The notes under the pieces: generated by a model
What the model was told of the DNA's origin: nothing
The model's database searches: none
The model's input: the letters and a program-made list of their open reading frames with translations, nothing else
Assembly: GCA_009914755.4 (NCBI GenBank)
Contig: CP086569.2
Span: 3,936,001-4,000,000, forward strand
Direction: 5' to 3'
From: the human T2T-CHM13v2.0 reference genome, Homo sapiens
Length of the DNA stretch: 64,000 nucleotides
Shown: positions 34,771 through 45,900 of the stretch, in pieces
Numbering within the stretch: the stretch's first letter is position 1
How the letters are laid out: the number at the start of each line of letters is the position of its first letter
Program-made: the position numbers and the translations under genes

Positions 34771-37231
34771 GGCACCATTTTATTGGACCATTCCTCACAT
34801 CTTTAAAAATAGAAATGACATATATTTTTCCAATGAAATTAGCTCAAATTCCTAATGTTAATTTTCAAGGTTTTTTATCAATTAGCATAAAAATTCTCAA
34901 GGTTTTTACCAATTAGCAGAAAAATTCTAAGTAATACTTAATGAAACTAAAAACAGGAGAGTCTGTAATGTTAATTCCAACTATTCTCCCATGAAGAAAC
35001 TTAGTACATGGTTCATGATAGCACAAGGGAGAGTCTATTAGTAACAGAATAAATAAGTGAGATAAATTGGCTGTAGTAGGGAGTTGAAAGCAGAGTAACC
35101 ATTTACAGTAGTCCATTAATGAGTTTATAGCTTCAAAAATCACCTGCATGCAACTTCTATGCATATAGCAGCATTCTAAGCATTACAGAAAATACAAAAT
35201 AGTTCACTGACTGTTAGGTAGTCAAGAACCATCTTAGGGAATAAAGTTAAGAAAAAAGAATAATATCTTAATAACCCCTAAGAGGTAATAAAAGTATTAG
35301 AAGGAGAGAGAGAGATAGCACCAGATCTGGTTAGGAGAGACTTAGCTTATACAAAGTTTTAGTGGTGACAAATGAGCAATTTTTCTTGACTGACTACAAA
35401 ATAGATTAACCTGGTCAGAATAAAAGATTCACAGTCGTGAACCACGTAATATCAGTCAGTGATGGACCACATATATGATGATGATTTCATAAGATTATAA
35501 TGAAGCTGAAAATTTCTATAGCCTGTTGTTTACTATACTGCACTTTTCATCATTATTTAGAATGTATTATTGTGAAAGAGTAACGTATAAAAAATATTAC
35601 CTGTAAAACAGCCTCAGGCAGGTCCTTCAGGAGGTATTTAAGAAGAAACCATTGTTATCATAGGAGATGACAGCTTCATGCAAGTAATTGCCCCTGAAAA
35701 TCTGAGATGTGGAGGTAGAAGACAGTGATATTTATGATTCTGGCTCTGTGTAGGCCTAGCATCAAGTGTATTTTTGTGTCTTCGTTTATAACAAAAAAAG
35801 TTTAAAAACTAATGAAAACATTAAAAATTATTTTTAAAAAGGTTGTAAACAAGCATATAAACAAAGAAAATATTGTTGTACAGCTATGAGGTGTTTTTGT
35901 GTTTGAAGCTAAGTATTATTTTTGATCAGTCAAGGAGTTGAAAAAATAAAAATTTTATGATGCAAAAAAGTTATAGTAAGCCAAGCTTAATTTATTTTCA
36001 AGAAAAAACAATATTTTAAATGAACTTAGCACAGCCAAAGTGTTCAATGTTTATAAAGTCTGCAGTTGAATGCAATCTTAGGCCTTTACATTCACTTACC
36101 ACTCACTCACTGATTCAACCAGAGCAACTTCTAGTCCTGTGAGTTCCATTCATGCTGAGAGCCTTATACAGATGTATCAAATTTAATCTTGTACGCTATA
36201 TTTTGACTCTACCTTTTCTATGCTTAGATATGTTTAGATGCACACATATATATTATTGTGTTACAATTGCCTACAGTATTCAGTTCACTAACGTATCACA
36301 CAGGTTTGTATCCTAGAAGCAATAAGGTATACTCTATAGCTTAGGTGTGTAGTAAGCTATAACATCTAGGTTTGTGTACATACATTCTACAATATTTATT
36401 CAATGAAGAAATTGCCTAAGAATACATTTCTCAGAAATATATTCACTGTTTTAAACAATATGTTATTGCAACAGGCATACCTCAGTTTTTTGTTATTTGC
36501 TTTATTGTGCTTCACAGATATTGTGTTTATTAACATTTAAGGTTTGTGGCAATCCTGTATCAAGAAAGCCTATTGGTAACAATTTTCCAACATCACTTGC
36601 TTACTTTGTGTCTCTGTGTTACATTTTGGCAATTCTCATAATATTTCAAAAATTTTCAGTATTATATCAGCTATGGTCATTTATGGTCTCTGATGTTACT
36701 ATTGTAATTGTTCTGTGGCACCATAAACTGCGGTCACATAAGACAGTAAACTTAATACATAAATGTTGTATGTGTTCTGACTGCTCCACCTACCAGCATT
36801 TCCCCCATCTTTCTCCCTCTTGTCAGGCCTGTCTATACCTTGAGACACAACAATATTTAAATTAGGCCAATTAATAACCCTACAATGACATGTAAGTATT
36901 CACGTCAAATAGAGTTTCATGTCTCTCACTTTAAATCAAAAGGTAGAAAGTGATTAGACTTAATAAAGAAGGCACTTCAAAAATCAAAATAGGCTGAAAA
37001 CTAGGCATCTTGCACTAAATAATGAGCCAAGTTGTGAATGCAAACTAAAAGTTATTGGAGAAAATTAGAAGTGCTACTCCAGTAAAAATCTGAATGATAA
37101 GAAAGTGAAACAGCCTTATTACGTGCTGATATGGAGAAAATTTCAGTAGTCTGAATCAAAGACAAACCAGCCACAAAATTCACTTAGGCAAAAGCCCAAT
37201 CCAGAGCAAGGCCCTAACACTCGTTAATTCT

Positions 37232-37882
37232 ATGAAAACTGAGAGAGGTGAGGATGTTACGGTAGGAAAGTTTGAAGCTAGTAGAGGTTGGTTCATGAGG
37301 TTGAAGGAAATAAGCCATTTTCATAACACAAAAACGCAAGGTGAATCAGCAAATGCTGATGGAGAAGCTGCAGCAAGTTATCTGGAAGATCTAGCTAGGA
37401 TAATTGAAGAAGGTGGCTATACTAAACAACAGATTTTCATTGTAGACAAAAACAGCCTTCTGTTGGAAGATGATGACATCTAGGACTTTCATAGATGGAG
37501 AAAGGAAGTCAATGCCTGACTTCAAAGCTTTAATAGACAAGGTGACTCTCTTGTTAGTGGCTAATGCAGCTGGTGACTTTAAATTTAAGTCAGTGCTCAT
37601 CTACTATTCTGAAAATCCTAGGGTATTTAAAAATTATGCTAATTATACTCTGCCTGTCCTCTATAAATGGAGTGGCAAAACCTGGATGAGAGAACATCTG
37701 TTTACCATATGGTTTACTTAATATGTAAGCCCGCTGTTGAGACCTACTGCTCAGAAATAAAGATTTCATTCAAAATATTACTGTTCACTGACAATTCACC
37801 TAGTCAACCTAGAACTCTGATGAAAATTTGCAAGGAGATTAATGTAGTTTTCATGCCTGTTAACACAATATCCATTCTGTAG
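37232..37882 (+). pseudogene. Tigger1 pogo-like transposase remnant (frameshifted into three overlapping ORFs)
   Basis: ORFs 37232-37483, 37470-37721 and 37667-37882 match Tigger1 transposase: '[11 protein letters not shown]...', '...YTKQQIF.VD...', 'SMPDFKA..DKVTLLLVANAAGDFKFK..LIYYSENPR..KNYA...LPVLYKW..K.WM' (DDE domain region). The reading frame is broken. Confidence 0.8.
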
Positions 37883-37941
37883 CCCTAGATGAATGAATGT
37901 TTTTGACTTCCAAGACTTATTTAAGAAAAGCATTTCATAAT

Positions 37942-38111
<170 letters not shown>

Positions 38112-38454
38112 TTACATAGGGCTATATCTGCCATTGGTAATGATTCCTCTGATAGATCTGGGCAATTCCTTCTGGAAAGAAAATCACCATTCAAGATACC
38201 AATTAAGAACATTTGTGATTCATGGAAGGTCAAAATATCTACATTAACAGAAGTTTGGAATAAGATAATTCCAACCTTCATGAACGACTTCAATGGATTC
38301 AACACTTCTATAGAGAAAGTAATATAAATATGGTGGGAATAGCAAGATAAATAAAATTAGAAGTGGAGCTTAAAGATGGAACTAAATTACTGCAGTCTCA
38401 TGATAAAACTTGGATGGATGAGCACTCGCTTTTTATGAATGAACAAATACATTG

Positions 38455-39835
38455 CTCCCTCTCCCTCTCCCTCTCCCTCTCCCTCTCCCTCTCCCTCTCC
38501 CCTCTTTCCATGGTCTCCCTCTGATGCCGAGCTGAGGCTGGACTGTACTGCCGCTGTCTTGGCTCACTGCAACCTCCCTGCCTGATTCTCGTGCCTCAGG
38601 CTGCCGAGTGCCTGGGATTGCAGGTGCACGCCGCCACGCCTGACTGGTTTCCGTATTTTTTTGGTGGAGACAGGGTTTCACTGTGTTGGCCGGGCTGGTC
38701 TCTAGCTCCTAAACATGAGTGATCTGCCAGCCTCGGCCTCCCGAGGTGCCGGGATTGCAGATGGAGTCTCCTTCACTCAGTGCTCAATGTTACCCAGGCT
38801 GGAGTGCAGTGGTGTGATCTCGGCTCAATACAACCTCCACCTCCCAGCCGCCTGCCTTGGCCTCCCAAAGTGCGGAAATTGCAGCCTCTGCCCGGCCGCC
38901 ACCCCGTCTGGGAAGTGAGGAGCGTCTCTGCCTGGCCGCCCATCATCTGGGATGTGAAGAGCCCCTCTGCCCGGCTGCCCAGTCTGGGAAGTGAGGAGCG
39001 CCTCTTCCCGGCCGCCATCCCATCTAGGAAGTGAGGGGCATCTCTGCCCAGCTGCCCATCATCTGAGATGTGGTGAGCGCCTCTGCCCCGCTGCCCCGTC
39101 TGGGATGTAAGAAGTGCCTCTGCCTAGCTGTGACCCCATCTGGGAGGTGAGGAGCGTCTCTGTCCGGCTGCCCCATCTGAGAAGTGAGGGGCCCCTCCGC
39201 CCGGCAGCCACCCCATCTGTGAAGTGAGGAGCCCCTCCGCCCTGCAGCCGCCCCGTCTGGGAGGTGTACCCAACAGCTCATTGAGAGCTGGCCATTATGA
39301 CAATGGCAGTTTTGTCGAGTAGAGAGGGGGGAAATGTGGGGAGGGGATGGAGAGGTCGGATTGTTGCTGCGTCTGTGTAGAGGGAAGTAGACATAGGAGA
39401 CTCCATTTTGTTCTGTACTAAGAAAAATTCTTCTGCCTTGGGATGCTGTAAATCTATAACCTTACCCCCAACCCTGTGCTCTCTGAAACACGTGCTGTGT
39501 CCACTCAGGGTTAAATGGATTAAGGGCGGTGCAAGATGTGCTTTGTTAAACAGATGCTTGAAGGCAGCATGCTCATTAAGAGTCATCACCACTCCCTAAT
39601 CTCAAGTACCCAGGGACACAAACACTGCAGAAGGCCGCAGGGTCCTCTGCCTAGGAAAACCAGAGACCCTTGTTCACTTGTTTATCTGCTGACCTTCCCT
39701 CCACTATTGTCCTATGACCCTGCCAAATCCCCCTCTGCGAGAAACACCCAAGAATGATCAATAAATACTAAAAAAAAAAATAAAATAAAAACAAAATAAA
39801 ATAAATAAAAATCAAGAGGGGGAATATTAAAAAAT
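38455..39835 (+). mobile_element. SVA composite retrotransposon (hominoid-specific), full canonical structure, sense orientation, nested in Tigger1
   Basis: 5' (CTCCCT)~9 hexamer array at 38455-38510. Alu-like region built of antisense Alu pieces ('ggctcactgcaacctccctgcctgattctcgtgcctcaggctgccgagtgcctgggattgcaggtg...ggtttcactgtgttggccgggctggtctc'). GC-rich VNTR of 35-40-bp units ('gcctctgcccggccgccaccccgtctgggaagtgaggagc...') at about 38870-39260. SINE-R/HERV-K-derived region ('...gggttaaatggattaagggcggtgcaagatgtgctttgttaaacagatgcttgaaggcagcatgctc...'). AATAAA plus A-rich tail. Candidate 14-bp TSD 'gaacaaatacattg' (38441-38454) and 'aaataaataaattg' (39836-39849). Confidence 0.92.
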
Positions 39836-40120
39836 AAATAAATAAATTGATTTTTGCGGGGATAGAGTCCACTCCTGGTGAAGATGCTGTGAACTTGGTT
39901 GAAATGACAGCACCTGATTTAGAAGATTACAGAAACTTAGTTGATAAAACAGTGTCAAGGTTTGAGATGATCAACTAAAACTTTGAAAGAAGTTCTGTTG
40001 TGGGGATGATGCTATCAAAAATCACTGCATGTTACAGAGAAAATTTTTTATGAAAGAAAGAGTCAATTAATATGGCAAACATAATTGTCTCATTTTAAGA
40101 AATTGACATATTTTCTACCT

Positions 40121-43100
40121 GGGACCAAAGGAAGATGGCAGATAGGAGGCAGGGCTAATGTGCATCTCCCACTTGGATAGACAGAACGATGTGTTGATAC
40201 TCACACTGTGAACTGTTGTTCCAAGAATTACTGCAGGAACGTATCAGGAAAACCAAAAGAATTAACAGATATTTGAAAGAAGTGACATGCCACTGCAAAC
40301 TCTGCAGGACGAGTGAAAAGCTTTGAGTTCCCAAATTGTGAGAGTGAGAAAACCTGCCTTTGAACACACATCCCCACTGGGAAATCTAAAATTTCAGATA
40401 ACAGGAGAAGAATTTAACCTTATCTAGAGCTGGAATGGATTTAGGGAGCCATGTGAAATACAAAAGTAGAAGCAGCAGTATGAGAAGCCTCGTAGGCACT
40501 CCCAGTCTCCAGTTTGAGCCCATGGAAGCCATCTCTGACTTTATCTCACAGGGGCCCTCAGGAAAGGCAGACAGCAGAATTAGGGAGGGGACACAGGGTG
40601 AAAGAATCTTCCAAATAAATGTGATAATTTCAAGTGGGAACAAAATCCCTCGAACAGAATCTAGGGGATGAATGGGAACTACAGCAGAAATGAGCATAGG
40701 AACGGGTTATCCACCATTGCAGGTAAATGGAGAGGGGTGTGGCATGAACACTGTGCTTGCTTTTTCAGCGGGGAATCTTATGGCATGGGGAGGGTCTGAG
40801 TTCTGTGCACAGGCAGCCTGGATCTAAACTGACCACTTGCACTGTTAGTGGGGCACTGTGGGAACAAGACCAGCCTTGCCAACTGTGTGGAGGCTGAGTG
40901 AAGCCTTTTACTACCAGTGACCCCCTACTTCCCTAGTGAAGTCTCCTGTATGGGAGAGGTAGCCATAATCCCCTCTGGAACATAACCCCATTGGCCTGAG
41001 AACTACCTGCTTATCCCCACAGTGACAGCTGCAAGCCCTGCCCAAGAAGAGTCTTTACTAGATCAGCCTAACCCTGCCCCCATCTGATGGTATTTCTCTA
41101 CCCACCCTGGTAGCCAAACACAAAAGACACAAACTCTTGGGAGTTTTATGGCCCCACCCATCACCTGAGAAATCAGAATACTTCCCCTGGCCAACTTAGG
41201 GCAAGCTCAAATTCCACTGCTAATACAACAGCTGGGATCTCCTGAAAGTGCCACCTCCTGGCTGGAGGTCAACCAGCTAAGGCCATTACAGCATCTCATG
41301 ACAGAATAATGCTCCTCCCAGGAAGGAGAAAACAGCAACTAATACCACTGCCTGCAACATCCTGGCTACCAGAGGTCCTGAGTCTGTCCATGTAACAACT
41401 TCACTGCTAGCATAACCAGCATTCATGAAAACTAGGATTTAACCTGTCTACAACCAAGGATTCTCAGAATCTGCATCACTCCCCTGCCATCTCCACCAGA
41501 GCAGGTGCTGGTATCCATGGCTGGGAGACCCAAAGACTGATCATATCACAGGATTCTTTGCAGACATTTCCCAGCACCAGCCCAGAGCCTGGTAGCCCCA
41601 CTGGGTGGCTAGATCCAAAAGATCAATTACAATCACTGCAGTCTGGTTCTCAGGAAGCCCTATCCCTAAGGGGAAGGGGACAACACCACATCAAAGAATC
41701 ACCCCATGGGACAAAAGAATCTGAACAGCGGGCCTTAAGTTCCAGATCTTTCTCACAGCAGAAACACAATTGCAGTGCTGGATGCAGTAATAAAAATTCT
41801 GCACCTATACCACAACAGGCAGGCAGCCTCAGTGATCATGAAGAGCCTTGGAGAAGGGGTCCTTCTTCCCCCTGGTACTCTATGCAGACACAGCTGGGGC
41901 TTCCCCCACAGGAATGCAGTATGGAGTCACCTATAGACAGACTTTGTGGAACAGTCCTGGTGAGTGCAGCCCCATAGGAGGAGCCTACCCCAGATTCAGG
42001 CCTGCAAGTGTGGCAGAGTCACAATTCCCCCCTACTTGAAACATCAACATTTCCATAGACAAAAAGTGGTGCCTGTATGATCTGAATAGCTGAAACATAA
42101 AGCAGGAGTGAGGCTGTGAAGCTTTCCTGCTGATCTGGCAGGAAGTTGAGGTAGCTCCCACTCTTCACCCTGATAAAACCTCAGCACATTTAATTGAGAG
42201 TTCACTCAGCCATCCTCATTATGGCTGGGACCTTGACCCAACATTGGGTATTACATCTACCCATCTGCCTTAGTCAGAATCAATGCTTACCCAGGGATAT
42301 CTCCCCTATTGGCCTGAAGCCTGATTCATCAACTTAGTAAATAAAATACAAGGACAAATAATAAATAAATAAAGTGTATACCACAAGAGAATGAGATATG
42401 CTTCAAGAGATCCTTGCCTTTCCAACTCCATAGGAGATAGTAAACTTACCCACACACCAAGAATATAACTACTACAACCAGCATTAGGGAAAACCAGAAC
42501 GCAAAGACTCTCATAACTAAGGATCTCTTAGAGAGTCATCACCCCTACAAGCATCAAGAATCAAATTAGGCTAAAATAAACATTAAAGTCTGATCCTTAA
42601 GAGAATAAAAAAGAAATATATATTAAATAAAAACACAGTTCAATTAAAAATAAATTCCAAAAAAAATTTTAAGTACTAGCCTACTCAAATGAGAAGGAAC
42701 TAGAAAAGTAATTCTGGTAATATGACAAAACAGGGTTTTAAAGCACCCCCAAAAGATCACACTAGCTCCCTAGCAGTGGATCCAAACCAAGAAGAAATCT
42801 CTGAATTGCCAGGTAAGGAATTCAGAAGTCACACCTGTAATCCCAGCACTTTGGGAGGCCGAGGTGGGCAGATCACGAGGTCAGGAGTTCGAGACCAGCC
42901 TGACCAACATGGTGAAAACCCGTCTCTACTAAAAATACAAAAATTAGCAGGGCATGGTGGCACACACCAGTAATCCTAGCTACTCAGAAGGCTGAGGCAG
43001 GAGAATCGCTTAAACCCATACCCAGAAGGTGGAGGTTGCAGTGAGCTGAGATCACATCACTGCACTCCAGCCTGGGCGAGAGAGTGAGACTCAGTCTCCA

Positions 43101-45900
43101 AAAAAAAAAAAAAAAAAGAAAAAGAATTCAGAAGGATGATTATTAAGCTACTAAGCTACTCAAGGAGATAACAGAAAAACATGAAAACCAACTTAAAGCA
43201 ATTTTGAGAAAACAATAGAAGATATGAATGAGAACATTTTCAGAAAAATAGATGTCATAAAGAAAAAACAATCACAACTTCTGAAAATGAAAGTCACACT
43301 TAGAGAAATACAAAATGCAGGAGAGAGTTGCAACAACAGAATAGAAAAAGTAGAAGGAAGAACTTCAGAGCAAGGCTTTCAAATTGAACCAATCCTACAA
43401 AGACAAAGTAAAAGTAATAAAAAATGAAGAAAGGTTCCAAGAAGTTTGGGATTATGTTAAGTGGCCAAACTTAAGAACAATTGGTGTTCCTGGAGAAGAA
43501 CAGAAATCTAAAAGTTTGGAAAATTTATTTGAAGGAATAATTGAGGGAAACTTCCCTGGCCTTGCTAGAGATCTAGACATTCAAATACAAGAAGCTCAAA
43601 GAACTCCTGGGAAATTTATTGTGAAAAGATAATCACTAAGGCAAATAATCATCAGGTTATCTAAAGTCAAGGCAAAGGAAAGAATCTTAAGACCTGTGAG
43701 ACAAAAGGATCAGATAACCTATAAAGGAAAACTTACCAAATTAACAGCTATTTCTCTGCAGTAACCTTACAAGCCAGAAGAGCTGGAGGTCCTATCTTTA
43801 GCCTTTTAAACAAGATAATTGTCAGCCAAGAGTTTTGTATCCAGCAAAACTAAGCTTCATAATTGAAGGAGAGATAAAGTATTTTTCAGTTAAACAAATG
43901 CTGAGAGAATTTGTCATTACCAAGCCAGCATGGCAAGAAATTCTAAAAGGAGTTCTAAAACTTGAAACAAAACCTCAATATACATCAAAATAGAACTTCA
44001 TTAAAGCATAAATTTCACAGGGCCTATACAAAAATAACACAATGAAAAACAAAAGTATTAAGGCAACAGCTAACAGGATAAATAGAACAGTACCTCACGT
44101 CTCAATACTAATGTTGAATGTAAATGGCCTAAATGCTCCACTTAAAAGACACCGAATGGCAGAATGAATAATCTACCAGCCAAGTATCTGCTATTTTCAA
44201 GAGACTCACCTAAAAAATAACAATCACATAAACTTAAGGTAAAGGGGTAAAAAGTATATATTCCATGCAAATGGAAACCAAAAGTGAGCAGGAGTAGCTA
44301 TACTTATAGTCAGACAAAGCAGACTTTAAAGCAACAACAATAACAAAGAAAAAGAAATAGATGGACATTATATAATGATATAGCTAAATGAATCCAATAG
44401 CATATCAATAAGAGAACACACCATGATCGAGAGGGTTTCACACCAGGGGTGCAGAGATGGTTTAATATATGCAAGTCAATAACTGTGTTACATCACATAA
44501 ACATAATTAAAAACAAAAAATATAGTATAATCCCAATAGATGCAGAAACAGTATTTGACAAATTCCAGCATCCCTTTATTATTAAAGCCCTCAGCAAAAT
44601 TGGCATAGAAGGAACATACCTCAAAGTAAGAAAAACCATCCATGAAAAAAACCGCAGCCAATATTACACTGAATGGAAAAAAAACGTTCAAAGCATTCCC
44701 TCTGAGAACTGGAACAAGACAATGGTGTCCACGTTCACCACTTCTATTCAACATATTACTGGAATTCCTGACTAGAGCAGACAAGAGAAAGAAATATAAG
44801 GTATCAAAATCAGAAAAGAAAAGTCAGACTGTCGCTGTTCACCGATGATATGTTCATATAACTAGAAAACCCTGAAGACTCATCCAAGAAGTTCATAGAT
44901 CTGACAAATGAATTCAGTAAAGTTTCAGGATAAAAATCAGTGTACACAAATCAACTGCACTGCTGTACACCAAAAAACACCAAGCTGAGAATCAAATCAA
45001 GAACTCAGTTTATTTTACAACAGCTTCCAAAAAATAAAAATAAAATAAAATACTTAGGAATACACTTAACCAAGGAAGTGAAATGTCTCTACAAGTAAAA
45101 CTACATAACACTGCTGAAAAAGTAATCGCAGATGACACAAATGGAAACACTGCCCATGGAAATGCAAATTAAAACTACAACTCATTCTTACAAGAATCAC
45201 TATAATTTAAAAAATCAAAAAGTAATGTTGGCATGGATGTGGTGAAAAAAGAACACTTTTACACTGCTGATGGGAATGTAAACTAGTACAAACACTATGG
45301 AAATCAGTATGGAAATTTCTCAAAGAACTAAAAGTAGAACTACCATTATAACTAGCAATCCCACTACTGAGTATATACCCAAAGGAAACTACATCATTAT
45401 ATGAAAAAGACACTTGCACATGCATGTCTATAGCAGCACAACTTGCAGTTACAAAAATACAGAATTATCCTAAATGCCCATCAACCAATGAGTAGATAAA
45501 GAAAATACAGTATATATATACATGCACCAAGAAATACTACTCAGCCATAAAAAAAGAATTGAAATATTGGCATTTGCAGCAACCTGGATGGAGTTGGAGA
45601 CCCTTATTCTAAATGAAGAAACTCAGGAATAGAAACCCCAAAATCCTATATTCTTACCTATAAGTGGGAGCTAAGTTATGAGGACACAAAGGCCTAAGAA
45701 TGATATAATGGACTTTGGAGACTTGGGTGAAAGAGTGGGAGGGGTGTGAGGGATAAAATATTATACATTGGGTAGAGTGTGTACTGCTCAGGTGAGGGGT
45801 GCACCAAAATTTCAGAAATCACCACTAAAGGACTTATCTATCTAATAAAAAAAGTTTGTTCCCCCCAAAAAATATTGCAATAAAATAAAATTAAAAAAAG
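40121..45900 (+). mobile_element. Older primate L1 (L1PB/L1MA-like) with 5' UTR, ORF1, internally deleted ORF2, 3' UTR and A-rich tail; inserted into Tigger1 and itself carrying an Alu
   Basis: Starts 'gggaccaaaggaagatggcagataggaggcagggctaatgtgcatctcc' (L1 5' UTR-type start). ORF1 region: ORFs 43224-43427 and 43384-43632 ('...ERFQEVWDYVKWPNLRTIGVPGEEQKSKSLENLFEGIIEGNFPGLARDLDIQIQEAQRTPGKF' is L1 ORF1p). ORF2 blocks: EN ('cctcacgtctcaatactaatgttgaatgtaaatggcctaaatgctccacttaaaagacac'), RT ('atcccaatagatgcagaaacagtatttgacaaattccagcatccctttattattaaagccctcagc'), C-terminal region ('ggatgtggtgaaaaaagaacacttttacactgctgatgggaatgtaaactag') and 3' end 'ccataaaaaaagaattgaaatattggcatttgcagcaacctggatggag'. 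About 2 kb of ORF2 is missing. Tigger1-derived flanks look like a roughly 15-20-bp diverged TSD (aagaaattgacat...ctacct and aagaaacttcctcagctacct). Confidence 0.85.
42839..43120 (+). mobile_element. Alu SINE (AluS-like), slightly 5'-truncated, nested in the L1 between its 5' UTR and ORF1
   Basis: 'tcacacctgtaatcccagcactttgggaggccgaggtgggcagatcacgaggtcaggagttcgagaccagcctgaccaacatggtgaaaacccgtctctactaaaaatacaaaaattagc...ggaggttgcagtgagctgagatcacatcactgcactccagcctgggcgagagagtgagactcagtctcc(A)18'. TSD 'aaggaattcagaag' (42825-42838) and 'aaagaattcagaag' (43121-43134). Confidence 0.95.

Noticed and set aside
36497-36865. 122-aa plus-strand ORF at the start of Tigger1.
   Set aside because: It covers the Tigger1 5' TIR and leader region upstream of the transposase gene. 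It is hydrophobic and low-complexity, with no transposase motifs. The genuine transposase remnants are the frameshifted ORFs at 37232-37882.
38870-39260. Array of GC-rich direct repeats of about 35-40 bp (gcctctgcccggc...gtctgggaagtgaggagc...), considered as a possible CRISPR-like or minisatellite locus.
   Set aside because: This is the VNTR module of the SVA element. It is flanked by the SVA hexamer and Alu-like region upstream and the SINE-R and poly-A downstream. The repeats are imperfect and carry no unique spacers, and the host is eukaryotic.
41558-41977. 139-aa plus-strand ORF inside the nested L1.
   Set aside because: It lies within the L1 5' UTR-type segment (40121-42838). It shows no L1 ORF1 homology or other homology, and real ORF1 starts about 1.2 kb downstream.
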